Counted from the stretch's first letter, positions 10,013 through 18,205 are shown. The stretch: 64,000 nucleotides of DNA from Dehalococcoidia bacterium (GCA_030648205.1 JAUSIH010000006.1:1357-65356); one strand, 5' to 3'. The notes: a model not told the origin generated them from the sequence alone. A program made the numbers and translations.

Positions 10013-11125
10013 ATGCGCAACGGAGTTGTGGGCGTCGGCGTCATAGGCACGGGCTTCGGCAGCATCGTCCAGGCGCCGGGATTCAGTCGCGCGCCCGGGT
10101 GCAAGGTCGTCGCCATCGCGTCGGGCCACCGTGAGCGCGCGGAGGCCGCGGCGCGGCAGCTTGGCATACCGTTCGCCACGGACGACTATCGGGCGCTCCT
10201 GGCGCGCGACGACGTTGACCTGGTGTGCGTCTCCGCGCCTCCGTACCTGCACCACGAGATGACCCTGGCCGCCCTGGCCGCGGGCAAGCACGTGCTGTGC
10301 GAGAAGCCCATGGCGGCGGATCGCTGGCAGGCGTGGGAGATGGAGCGGCGCGTCCGTGAGACGGGACGCATCGGGCTGATTGACTTCGAGCTGCGGTGCA
10401 TGCCGACGCGTGCATACATGAAGGAGCTGATCGCGGGTGGCTATCTCGGCGTGCTGTTCTGGGTCCACGCGACGCACTTCGGCGGTTTCCGCGGCAAGGC
10501 GATGGACGACGTGCCATATGACTGGCTGGCGCAGAAAAAGTACGCGGGCGGCATGCTGGGCGCCATGGGCTGCCACTACGTTGACGCCTTCCGCTGGTGG
10601 TTCGGCGAGGTCACCGGCCTGTACGCTGAGCTGGACACGCGGGCGAAGGCGCGCCCCTTGCCGGACGGCTCCGGCACGCGCGAGGCGGACTCGGACGACA
10701 CCATCTGGTGCAGCATGAAGCTGGACAACGGCGCGATGGCGACGCTGGTCGTGAGCACGGCGGTGCGCCACGGTTCCGGCGCCCGCATCGAGGCGTATGG
10801 CAGCGAGGGGACGCTGGTGCTGGAGAACGACGGCCCGCTTTTCGGCGCGCGCGCAGGCGACGCCCGGCTGACCGAATTGCCGCTCCCCGCGCGCCTGCTC
10901 TCCCCGGCGGAGGGGGAGGACCGGCGATTGCGCGCCTTCATTCCCTGGGCGCGTCGCGTCGTGGACGCCGTGCGCCAGCAGCAGCAGATTACGCCCGACT
11001 TCCATGACGGCGCGCGGTGCCAGGAGGTCATGGACGCCATCCATCGCTCGTCGGAGACGCGGCGCTGGGTCGGCCTGCCGCTGGAATCGCGCCGCGGCTC
11101 CGGCCAGGTAGGAGGCGCAACATGA
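10013..11125 (+). CDS. Gfo/Idh/MocA family oxidoreductase
   Basis: Taken from Met43 of ORF 9887..11125. VGVGVIGTGFG is a Rossmann motif and EKPMA is also present. Confidence 0.9.
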   Translation: MRNGVVGVGVIGTGFGSIVQAPGFSRAPGCKVVAIASGHRERAEAAARQLGIPFATDDYRALLARDDVDLVCVSAPPYLHHEMTLAALAAGKHVLCEKPMAADRWQAWEMERRVRETGRIGLIDFELRCMPTRAYMKELIAGGYLGVLFWVHATHFGGFRGKAMDDVPYDWLAQKKYAGGMLGAMGCHYVDAFRWWFGEVTGLYAELDTRAKARPLPDGSGTREADSDDTIWCSMKLDNGAMATLVVSTAVRHGSGARIEAYGSEGTLVLENDGPLFGARAGDARLTELPLPARLLSPAEGEDRRLRAFIPWARRVVDAVRQQQQITPDFHDGARCQEVMDAIHRSSETRRWVGLPLESRRGSGQVGGAT

Positions 11126-12198
11126 GCGGACGCATTCGCGTGGGGGTCATCGGCTCCAGCTTCGGCGCCGAGGTCCACATTCCCGGCTTCCAGTCGCTGC
11201 CGGAGTACCAGGTCGTCGCCGTCGCGTCGGGCCGCCGCGAGCGCGCGGAAGCCACGGCGCGGCAGTTCGGTATTCCGTTCGCCACGGACGACTATCGGGA
11301 GCTCCTGGCGCGCGACGACGTTGACATGGTCAGCGTGGCGACTCCGGTGTACCTGCACCACCCCATCGTGGTGGACGCCTTCGCCGCGGGCAAGCACGTG
11401 CTGTGCGAGAAGCCCCTGGCCCTGGACCGGCGGCAGGGTGCGGAGATGCTGGCGGCGGCGCGGGCCTCTGGCAAGGCGCACATGGTCAACTACGAGCTGC
11501 GTTTCCTGCCCTGGCGTCAGAAGGTCAAGGAGCTGCTGGCGGCGGGCTACGTGGGCGAGCCGCGCATGGTCGTCGGCGAGTTCTTCGGGCCGTTCAAGGG
11601 CATGAACGGACGGGACGTGCCGTGGGACTGGCTGGCCGTGCGCAGCCTCGGCGGGGGCTTTTTCGGCGCGAAGGGCTGCCACTACGTTGACTTGTACCGC
11701 TGGTGGTTTGGCGAGGTGACGGGCGTGTACGCCACGCTGGAGACAAAGGAGCCGCTCCGAAAGGTCGCGGGCGCGGAGCAGTGGCGGCCCGTGGAGACGG
11801 AGGACTGCTTCATCGTCATGCTGCGCATGAAGGGCGGCGTGCAGGGCACCATCTGCGTCAGCCGCGTGGTTCGGCACGGCGCCGGCGGGCGCATCATGGT
11901 CTATGGCAGCGAGGGCACGCTGATACTGACCGATGAAGGGGTGCTCACCGGCGCGCGCCGCGGCGACAAACACCAGGAGCCGCTGCTGACGCCGGATCAG
12001 ATGCCCCAGGCGGGCGTCACGGGCGCAGGGCCGCAGGTGGCGTTCCCACGCCTGGCGCGGGAGATGGCGCGCGCCGTCCGCGAGGGCGTGCGCGTCGCGC
12101 CCGACCTGGAGGACGGGCTGCGCGCCCAGGAGGTCACGGACGCCATCGTCCGCTCGAGCGCCGAGCGGCGTTGGGTCAGCCTGCCTCTGGAGCCGTAG
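11122..12198 (+). CDS. Gfo/Idh/MocA family oxidoreductase (tandem paralog)
   Basis: Taken from Met36 of ORF 11017..12198. VGVIGSSFG and EKPLA motifs. ATGA overlap with the upstream paralog. Confidence 0.9.
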   Translation: MSGRIRVGVIGSSFGAEVHIPGFQSLPEYQVVAVASGRRERAEATARQFGIPFATDDYRELLARDDVDMVSVATPVYLHHPIVVDAFAAGKHVLCEKPLALDRRQGAEMLAAARASGKAHMVNYELRFLPWRQKVKELLAAGYVGEPRMVVGEFFGPFKGMNGRDVPWDWLAVRSLGGGFFGAKGCHYVDLYRWWFGEVTGVYATLETKEPLRKVAGAEQWRPVETEDCFIVMLRMKGGVQGTICVSRVVRHGAGGRIMVYGSEGTLILTDEGVLTGARRGDKHQEPLLTPDQMPQAGVTGAGPQVAFPRLAREMARAVREGVRVAPDLEDGLRAQEVTDAIVRSSAERRWVSLPLEP

Positions 12199-12314
12199 GG
12201 CAGCTTTGCGTCGGGCCCTTTAGATACCAGCCCAACGGGCAAACAGCAACTCCCGCTCTGAGGCTTGTCGGAGCGGAGCGCGCTTGCCAGACGTTGGACG
12301 ATGCGCTGGAGAGG

Positions 12315-12445
12315 AGACTAGGTTCTGGTGACATTTCCGCTCACCCTGAGCTTGTCGAAGGGCGAGCGGGGGATGTTCCCTTCCCGCTCGTGGTGAGCCT
12401 GTCGAACCATGAGCGGGAAAATACCAATTGTCAACAGAGACTAGG
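12315..12445. repeat. MITE-like element, copy A (~131 bp; terminal inverted repeats around CTGTTGACA; two internal hairpins)
   Basis: Ends are AGACTAGGTTCTGGTGACAT...ATTGTCAACAGAGACTAGG. Two hairpins share the stem CCCGCTC/GAGCGGG. A near-identical inverted copy lies at 16958..17088. Confidence 0.75.
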
Positions 12446-12463
12446 GAGAGGGCCGCCTCGCCA

Positions 12464-12676
12464 CTACCGCACTCGGGGGACGTGCATGGCGCCGCTTGTC
12501 ACAGGCTCGTTCACGTAGAGGTCGCCGTTGCGGATCTTGATGTTGAAGCCGCATTCCGGGCTTGTGCAGACCCACGCCTTGTACTGAATAGGAGCGCCCT
12601 GGCTGCCGAAGTCAGACAATGGCACAAGGTCGCCCACCTTGCACTTCTGACACTTGGGGAACTGGTTCTGGTCCAC
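12464..12676 (-). CDS. small zinc-ribbon protein (70 aa)
   Basis: GTG start with GGGAGGTG RBS 7 nt upstream. CQKC...CTSPEC cysteine pairs. Its own promoter lies at 12748-12776. Confidence 0.6.
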   Translation of the reverse strand: MDQNQFPKCQKCKVGDLVPLSDFGSQGAPIQYKAWVCTSPECGFNIKIRNGDLYVNEPVTSGAMHVPRVR

Positions 12677-12747
12677 GGAAACCCACCTCCCTACACTTCG
12701 CCCGCTTGTGTTGCGGAACTTCCTGGCCCTTTGAAAGGCCGTCGCTC

Positions 12748-12776
12748 AGTATAGCATTGCGTGTTCCTGTACGCAA
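12748..12776 (-). promoter_or_regulatory. promoter TTGCGT-17-(TGc)TATACT
   Basis: Minus strand reads TTGCGTacaggaacacgcaaTGcTATACT, about 72 nt upstream of GTG 12676. Confidence 0.55.
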
Positions 12777-12839
12777 GCGCGGACGCCCTTGCGCACGCCG
12801 GATAACGTCGCATCGCCGCCGACATTCGAACACCGATTG

Positions 12840-13490
12840 TCAGGGCTGCGAGAGCGCATTTCCCCTCAGGGGCGCGTCCGCCAGCCGGGAGTAAATGGCG
12901 CCGGACGGCGTGAGTGTGCTCCGCATCAGGCTCAGCGCGGTCGCGGTGAAGGTGACGCCGCTGTCCGTGCGCACGGACGCCGCCGTGGGGCCAAGGCGCC
13001 GTCGCTCGGCGGGAGGCATGCCGTCGCGGACGCGGCCCAGCGTCAGGTGCGGCGAGAAGGGCCTGTCCTCCCGCGGGAAGCCGAGCGCGGCAAGCTCGCC
13101 GTCCAGCCGGGCCTGCAGCGCCGTCAGGGCCCGCACGTCGCCGTGGACGCCTACCCACAGGACACGCGCCCTGTCCATGCCGGGGAACGCGCCTATCTCC
13201 TTCGTCGTCAGCCGGAGCTGGCCGCAGTCGCTGGCCGACGCCTCCATCGCCTCGATGACTGGCGGGACCTGGTCCGGCAGGATATTGCCCAGGAACTTGA
13301 GGGTCAGGTGGATGCCCTGAGGCCGCGCCCATGCGATGGAGGAGAACCGCGCCTTGCGCAGGGCGTCCTGGATGGTCTGGATGTAGTCCAGCACGCTCCG
13401 CGGCAGCTCGATGGCGATGAATGCGCGCAGGGGCTCCGTCACGGCGCGCCCTCCTTGCGTGGGGCCGCGCCGCTGCCGGATATGGTGCAA
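12840..13490 (-). CDS. thpR: RNA 2',3'-cyclic phosphodiesterase (2H family)
   Basis: Two HxTx motifs (HLTLKF, HLTLGR). The exact start is uncertain. Confidence 0.85.
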   Translation of the reverse strand: MHHIRQRRGPTQGGRAVTEPLRAFIAIELPRSVLDYIQTIQDALRKARFSSIAWARPQGIHLTLKFLGNILPDQVPPVIEAMEASASDCGQLRLTTKEIGAFPGMDRARVLWVGVHGDVRALTALQARLDGELAALGFPREDRPFSPHLTLGRVRDGMPPAERRRLGPTAASVRTDSGVTFTATALSLMRSTLTPSGAIYSRLADAPLRGNALSQP

Positions 13491-13692
13491 ACTCTCCCCA
13501 CGGAATAGTGTGAATGCATCATGTCAGGTCTTGTCGCGTGCTTTAGACTAAGAGAGGTGCAGCAAACAAGGTTTTCCTAAGCGCGCTAAAACACCCTCCC
13601 CTTTAGCGCGCTGTTTCAGAAGGGGCTCGCATCTTGTGCGTGCCCCTTCTCTGTTTCTCCAGCCCGAGCGGTAGTGTATCAGTTAGGTCCTT

Positions 13693-13796
13693 GTCATTCC
13701 GGCGAAGAGCTTGCCCCGTACCTGATACGGGGCCGGAATCCAGAGAGCGTCTCCCTCTCGCCTGTTTCTGGACACCGGCTTCCGCCGGTGTGACGG
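13693..13796. repeat. paired-hairpin repeat, family V (GTCATTCC..GGAATCCAG / CTGGA..GTGTGAC)
   Basis: Same family as 17203..17267. Its translation reads VIPAKAG-like, typical of dispersed REP-like elements. Confidence 0.6.
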
Positions 13797-13832
13797 ATAA
13801 AGCCCCCATCCCTACCACGTCAAACTGAGACA

Positions 13833-14669
13833 CTACTGCCCGAGGAGCTTCCTTGCGTTTTCGCCCAGCACCAGCCGCCGTGCCCTGGCAGGCAGGCCCG
13901 CCTCCAGCGCTTGCGCCAGCGCCCGCTCCTGTCCGAGCAGGGGGTAGTCGCTGCCGAAGAGCACGCGCTCCGCTCCCACCAGCTCCGTCGCCGCGCGGAA
14001 GACCTGGGGCTGGTACAGGAAGGGCGTCGCCGCCGAGTCGAAGTACACGCGCGGCAGCAGCCGCCTGATCTCCGGCATCAGGGCGTAGAACGGCAGGCCG
14101 CCGCCCCAGTGGGCGCAGATGATGTCGTTCTCCGGGAAGCGGGCGATGAAGCGGGTGAGCACGTCGGGCGTCACGGTCCCCTTGCCCGCGTAGGCGTGCC
14201 CCACAGGCTCCGACGCGTGGACCAGCACGGCCAGCCCCAGTCGCCGCGCTGCGTCCATGACCGGCGCCATCACCCGCGCGTCGTCGAGCGCGTAGCCCTG
14301 GCTGTCCGGGTGCAGCTCGCCGACGCCGCGCAGCCCCAGCTTCGCGATGCGCTCGACCTCCGCGACCGCCCCGGCGTGTCGGGGGTTCACGACGCCGAAG
14401 CCCGCCAGCCGCGCGGGATAGCGGCGCACCGCGTCCGCGATGGCGTCGTTCGCGAGGGCGCAGTGCTCCGGCTTCTCCCAGCCGATGCCGACGGCCACGG
14501 ACAGGTCTATGCCCGCTGCGTCCATCCGCTCGACAAGCTCCACCGGCGTCGCGAGCCTGGCCTTGGGGTTGGCGTAGAGCGCGCCGAAGGTGCGGTCGGC
14601 GGCCAGGAAGCGCTCGCGGTGCGCGACGGCCTCCGGCGGGAAGAGGTGGACGTGTGAGTCAATAATCAT
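13833..14669 (-). CDS. amidohydrolase family (TIM-barrel metal-dependent hydrolase)
   Basis: Taken from Met22 of ORF 13833..14732. MIIDSHVHLF is the HxH motif; also VLVHASEP and FGSDYP. Confidence 0.85.
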   Translation of the reverse strand: MIIDSHVHLFPPEAVAHRERFLAADRTFGALYANPKARLATPVELVERMDAAGIDLSVAVGIGWEKPEHCALANDAIADAVRRYPARLAGFGVVNPRHAGAVAEVERIAKLGLRGVGELHPDSQGYALDDARVMAPVMDAARRLGLAVLVHASEPVGHAYAGKGTVTPDVLTRFIARFPENDIICAHWGGGLPFYALMPEIRRLLPRVYFDSAATPFLYQPQVFRAATELVGAERVLFGSDYPLLGQERALAQALEAGLPARARRLVLGENARKLLGQ

Positions 14670-14675
14670 GGGCGG

Positions 14676-14684
14676 ATTATAGCA
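14676..14684 (-). promoter_or_regulatory. extended -10 TGcTATAAT ending 6 nt before the ATG (leaderless candidate)
   Basis: Minus strand reads gggTGcTATAATccgcccATG. Confidence 0.45.
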
Positions 14685-14870
14685 CCCGATGTAGCTCAGC
14701 ATGATGCCGATGGAAAGGTCGGCGCCGGTCATGCCGTCACGAACGCTCCTATGGGAGCCAGATGGTTGACCTGGCTTGATATGTCGCCCTTAACGCGCCA
14801 TAATGCGGGAGAATCGTATGCTACCGAAACAGAACACGGATAAAAGACACTGTTATGTGGCCTGGAGCGA

Positions 14871-16211
14871 ATGATGAATGAGGCTCTCCCATGGCTGATC
14901 CTGCTCGTGACCACCCTGACTGCGGTCTCGGCGATTGTCCTGCTGGTTCGTGGGTCAAGGGGTTTCCAGGGTGCCGGAAAGGAGGTGCGCGACGACCTCC
15001 GAACGGGCCGCGAGGAAGCGCGGACTGCGGGAAAGGAACTTCGTGAAGAAGTGTCGGCTGGCCTGAAATCAACCAACGACACGTTGTCCAAGACTCTGGA
15101 AGTCATGGGCAAGATTCAGCAGACGCAGCTTGAAGGGATGACGAAGCAGCTGAAGGAGCTCGCGGATTCCAACCAGGACGCACTGGATCGCATTCGCAAG
15201 ACATTTGACTCTCGTGTCAAGGAGCTTCAGGAGGGTAACGAGAAGAAGCTCGACGAGATGCGCAAGACCGTGGACGAGAAGCTGCACGATACTCTTGAGA
15301 AACGGCTCGGAGAGTCGTTCAAACTTGTGAGTGATAGGTTGGAGGCGGTACACAAGGGTCTCGGAGAGATGCGGAATCTGGCCACAGGCGTGGGAGACCT
15401 CAAGCGGGTTCTGACCAACGTGAAGGCGCGTGGCACGTGGGGGGAGGTTCAACTTGGCGCGATCTTGGAGCAGATTCTCACTCCCGAGCAGTACGAGAAG
15501 AACGTCGGGGTGAAGGTCGACTCGTCCGAAAGAGTCGAGTATGCCATTAAACTGCCGGGTCCGAAGGACGATCCTGAGGCCTGCGTTTGGCTTCCTATTG
15601 ACTCGAAGTTTCCTCAGGAGGACTACCTTCGCCTTCAGGAAGCCGCGGAGAAAGCCGATCTGGACGCAGTTCAGAGGGCAACGGATGCCTTGGCGCGGAC
15701 AGTTCGGGCCGCTGCAAAGGACATCCACGATAAGTACGTAAACCCACCCAGCACGACCGACTTTGGGATCATGTTCCTCGCTACGGAGGGGCTCTATGCG
15801 GAGGTGCTTCGGCAGCCTGCCCTTGTCGAGGAACTCCAACGGCAGTATCGGGTTGTCGTGGCCGGTCCCACCACGTTGGCGGCGATTCTGAGTGGCCTTC
15901 GCATGGGCTTCCAGACCCTGGCGATCGAGCAGCGGGCATCTGAGGTGTGGAGAGTCTTGGGAGCGATAAAGACAGAATTCGGAAAGTTCGGTGATGTGCT
16001 GGACAAGGTCAAGCGCCAGCTCAACACCGCGAGCCGGACGATTGAACAGACTGGCGTGCGGAGCCGGGCCATCGAGCGAAGGCTCCGTTCAGTCGAGCAA
16101 TTGCCAGGGGCGGAAGCATCGGAGATTCTTGCATTGCCCGCAGCAGTCGAGGAAGTGGAGGCAGAAGACGCGGAAGGCGAAGAAGAGGCCACGGAGGCCA
16201 AACAGGAATGA
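14871..16211 (+). CDS. rmuC: DNA recombination protein RmuC
   Basis: N-terminal TM segment, long coiled-coil, and a C-terminal RmuC nuclease-like region (FGIMFLATEGLYAE). Confidence 0.9.
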   Translation: MMNEALPWLILLVTTLTAVSAIVLLVRGSRGFQGAGKEVRDDLRTGREEARTAGKELREEVSAGLKSTNDTLSKTLEVMGKIQQTQLEGMTKQLKELADSNQDALDRIRKTFDSRVKELQEGNEKKLDEMRKTVDEKLHDTLEKRLGESFKLVSDRLEAVHKGLGEMRNLATGVGDLKRVLTNVKARGTWGEVQLGAILEQILTPEQYEKNVGVKVDSSERVEYAIKLPGPKDDPEACVWLPIDSKFPQEDYLRLQEAAEKADLDAVQRATDALARTVRAAAKDIHDKYVNPPSTTDFGIMFLATEGLYAEVLRQPALVEELQRQYRVVVAGPTTLAAILSGLRMGFQTLAIEQRASEVWRVLGAIKTEFGKFGDVLDKVKRQLNTASRTIEQTGVRSRAIERRLRSVEQLPGAEASEILALPAAVEEVEAEDAEGEEEATEAKQE

Positions 16212-16272
16212 GGAAGGGACAAGCAATGAACGGCATGCCCGGCTCCGCGCCTGCCGTCCTTCGCACGTGTGA

Positions 16273-16375
16273 CCTCTCCTCTTCCGTCCCCTCTCTCCTT
16301 CCGATACCGGAAGGACGGAGAGGGGAAACAGAGCTTGTCCTGAGCGAAGTCGAAGGAGGTGAGGTACGGGTTACA
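16273..16375. repeat. family-H hairpin repeat carrying a nested insertion of another short repeat
   Basis: The canonical ...GGGGAAACAG-GGGTGAGGTACG is interrupted by AGCTTGTCCTGAGCGAAGTCGAAGGA. Confidence 0.55.
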
Positions 16376-16416
16376 GCCTGTCCCGTCTGTACACGTCCCG
16401 CCGGTGGCCGATGCAC
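16371..16416 (-). pseudogene. 3'-terminal remnant of a RelE/ParE toxin gene
   Basis: Translates ..IGHRRDVYRRDRL*. About 48 nt align with the 3' end of the toxin gene at 16786. It is truncated by the repeat at 16424. Confidence 0.5.
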
Positions 16417-16423
16417 AGTGTAA

Positions 16424-16480
16424 CCTCTCCTCTTGCGTCCCCTCTCCGCATGCGGAGAGGGGAAACAGGGGTGAGGTACG
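16424..16480. repeat. family-H hairpin repeat
   Basis: CCTCTCCTCTTGCGTCCCCTCTCCGCATGCGGAGAGGGGAAACAGGGGTGAGGTACG. Confidence 0.65.
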
Positions 16481-16620
16481 CCCCCCGCGGGGGAGACCCC
16501 TCGTTGCACTCGGGGTGACAGACCGCAAGACCGATGCGTTCAGCACCTTCGCGACGGTTGCAGACCTCTCCTCGTCCGTCCACTTGTAATGTCTTGTTCC
16601 TGAAATGCGCGTACAAAGTT

Positions 16621-16725
16621 GTCATTGCGAGGACTCCGGCTTGCCGGAGGACGAAGCAATCTGGAAGAGGGGCGGACCCCACCGCCAGATTGCCACGGCC
16701 CTCCTTCGTCGGGCCTCGCAATGAC
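16621..16725. repeat. long inverted-repeat element (GTCATTGCGAGG ... CCTCGCAATGAC)
   Basis: 12-bp terminal inverted repeats plus internal inverted repeats (CCGGCTTGCCGG; AGATTGC/GCAATCT). Confidence 0.55.
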
Positions 16726-16752
16726 ATTCGTAGCGGGCTTCGGAGACACACA

Positions 16753-16783
16753 ATGCGGAGAGGGGAGACAGGGGTGAGGCATG
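16753..16783. repeat. family-H hairpin repeat (partial), immediately 3' of the toxin gene
   Basis: GCGGAGAGGGGAGACAGGGGTGAGGCATGCG. Confidence 0.55.
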
Positions 16784-16785
16784 CG

Positions 16786-17199
16786 TTACGGCCTGCCTTG
16801 TCTATACACCTCCCGCCGGTGGCCGATGCGGAGCACCAGGTAGCCTTCGTTCGTGCGCGCGTAGATGACGCGGTAGTCGCCGACGCGCAGCCTGAACAGC
16901 CCCGCGAAGTCGCCCTTCAACGCCTCTCCCGCGTGGCCCTCGGACGCAAGCGCGGACTCCAGGCTCTGTTGACAATTGGTATTTTCCCGCTCGTGGTGAG
17001 CTTGTCGAACCATGAGCGGGAAGGGAACACCCCTCGCTCGCCCTTCGACAGGCTCAGGGTGAGCGGGAATGTCAACAGAACCTTGTCTGGCGAGGACGCG
17101 CGCCACGGTCGCCGGACTCAGCCTGCCGAGGTCACTGGCGACGGACGCCTTGTAGCTAATGTGCTGCCTCGCTGACCCCTTCACAGCGACCCAACGCAT
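16786..17199 (-). CDS. RelE/ParE-family toxin carrying an in-frame MITE insertion (possibly inactivated)
   Basis: The C-terminus [32 protein letters not shown] is a canonical RelE/ParE core. About 40 codons ([40 protein letters not shown]) are encoded by repeat copy B. Confidence 0.6.
   Translation of the reverse strand: MRWVAVKGSARQHISYKASVASDLGRLSPATVARVLARQGSVDIPAHPEPVEGRARGVPFPLMVRQAHHERENTNCQQSLESALASEGHAGEALKGDFAGLFRLRVGDYRVIYARTNEGYLVLRIGHRREVYRQGRP
16958..17088. repeat. MITE-like element, copy B (inverted relative to copy A), inside the toxin ORF
   Basis: Same ~131-bp element as 12315..12445, with the flanks in reverse orientation. Confidence 0.75.
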
Positions 17200-17202
17200 G
17201 TT

Positions 17203-17267
17203 GTCATTCCTGCGAAAGCAGGAATCCAGATTGTAAGGCCTGGATTCCGGATCAAGTCCGGAATGAC
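17203..17267. repeat. paired-hairpin repeat, family V, between antitoxin and toxin
   Basis: GTCATTCCTGCGAAAGCAGGAATCCAG...CTGGATTCCGGATCAAGTCCGGAATGAC. It ends 3 nt upstream of the toxin ATG. Confidence 0.65.
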
Positions 17268-17299
17268 GGACACTGTAGATCTGTTTATGAGACGCTACA

Positions 17300-17527
17300 C
17301 TAATTCGTTTTGCGGCCAAGGCGCTTCCGCAGCTCGGACGCGGAGATCACGGGGTCGTCCTTGTCGCGCAGGCGGTCGAGCGCCACCTGATAGTCGGCCT
17401 GCTCCGCCAGATACGCCTGCAACGCTTTAACGATGAGGTAGGTCTTGGGCCGCTCCGTCGCTCTGGCAAGCTCCTCCAGCGCGCGGGCGGTCTCCACGGG
17501 CAGCCGGATGGAGACGGACGTCGTCAC
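17300..17527 (-). CDS. ribbon-helix-helix (CopG-like) antitoxin
   Basis: GTG at codon 19 of ORF 17300..17581 with a [28 protein letters not shown] is an RHH motif. Confidence 0.7.
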   Translation of the reverse strand: MTTSVSIRLPVETARALEELARATERPKTYLIVKALQAYLAEQADYQVALDRLRDKDDPVISASELRKRLGRKTN

Positions 17528-17561
17528 GGTATCACCCTCTGTGTGTAATGCACGTAAGACA

Positions 17562-17591
17562 AGTATAACGCCCCGTCCCACGGCGGGTCAA
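17562..17591 (-). promoter_or_regulatory. promoter TTGACC-18-TATACT of the toxin-antitoxin locus
   Basis: Minus strand reads TTGACCcgccgtgggacggggcgtTATACT, about 35 nt upstream of GTG 17527. Confidence 0.55.
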
Positions 17592-17650
17592 CGCATGACC
17601 CATGTGACGGCAAGGCCGATGTCATTGCTAGGGGAATAGCGGTGTCGGTC

Positions 17651-17714
17651 CTGTAGGGGCAATCCTGTGTGATTGCCCCAAGCTAGGGCGGCCACGCAGG
17701 GCCGCCCCTACAAG
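17651..17714. repeat. double-hairpin repeat (GTAGGGGCAATC..GATTGCCCC / GGGCGGCC..GGCCGCCCCTAC)
   Basis: Two adjacent GC hairpins bounded by GTAGGGG / CCCCTAC. Confidence 0.5.
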
Positions 17715-18152
17715 GAATCGGGAATTTCATACGTGGTGCCGATCGCAACCGGCATGAAAGACCCCTCGTTCCACTCGGGGTGACAGACCGTGAGATCCTG
17801 CGTCCCCAACCTCCAACCTCCAACCCCCAAGCCCCGCCACCCGCCCATTGCTCCACCCTGAAACCACGCGCTATCCTGTCAAAAGAACACTTGTGTTACA
17901 CCGCGCACCTTCGTCGGAATCGCCGTGACCGGCCCTGGAGGGGCGGACCGATGTGTCCGCCCGCAGCGGCCACCTCGCGCCCGCCGCTCGACGACGCATC
18001 CGCGAAGCCCGGCGCATCTACATTGAGCATCTCACGGCCCCCGACGTAACATAACAAGAACAAATACCCGTAACCCGACCCGACAGATAGCAGCACCAGA
18101 TAGGGGAGGCCCCTCGAAAAATACGAAACAATTCAAATCCCTGTCTGCCGCA

Positions 18153-18200
18153 CCTCCCCCTCTCCGCATGCGGAGAGGGGGACCGAGGGGGTGAGGTACG
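18153..18200. repeat. family-H hairpin repeat immediately 3' of cbiH
   Basis: CTCCCCCTCTCCGCATGCGGAGAGGGGGACCGAGGGGGTGAGGTACG. Confidence 0.65.
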
Positions 18201-18205
18201 CTCCC

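Noticed and set aside
10013-12198. Tandem Gfo/Idh/MocA paralogs with an ATGA overlap, considered as a possible unusual system.
   Set aside because: Tandem sugar-type oxidoreductase paralogs are common, and nothing beyond the duplication is visible.
12689-12697. The 9-mer AGTGTAGGG next to the zinc-ribbon gene RBS matches the half-site of the palindrome at 23524.
   Set aside because: It is a single half-site match with no second arm. It may be chance and is not enough to propose a shared regulator.
16260-16800. CRISPR-like array: ACCTCTCCTC(T/G)T(C/G)CGTCC recurs at about 16273, 16424 and 16564.
   Set aside because: The spacing is about 140-150 bp and irregular. The units belong to dispersed hairpin repeat families found elsewhere in the window, and no cas genes are present.
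17806-17833. Heptamer microsatellite CCAACCT CCAACCT CCAACCC CCAAGCC.
   Set aside because: It has only about four imperfect units in non-coding DNA and no associated gene or phase-variation context.
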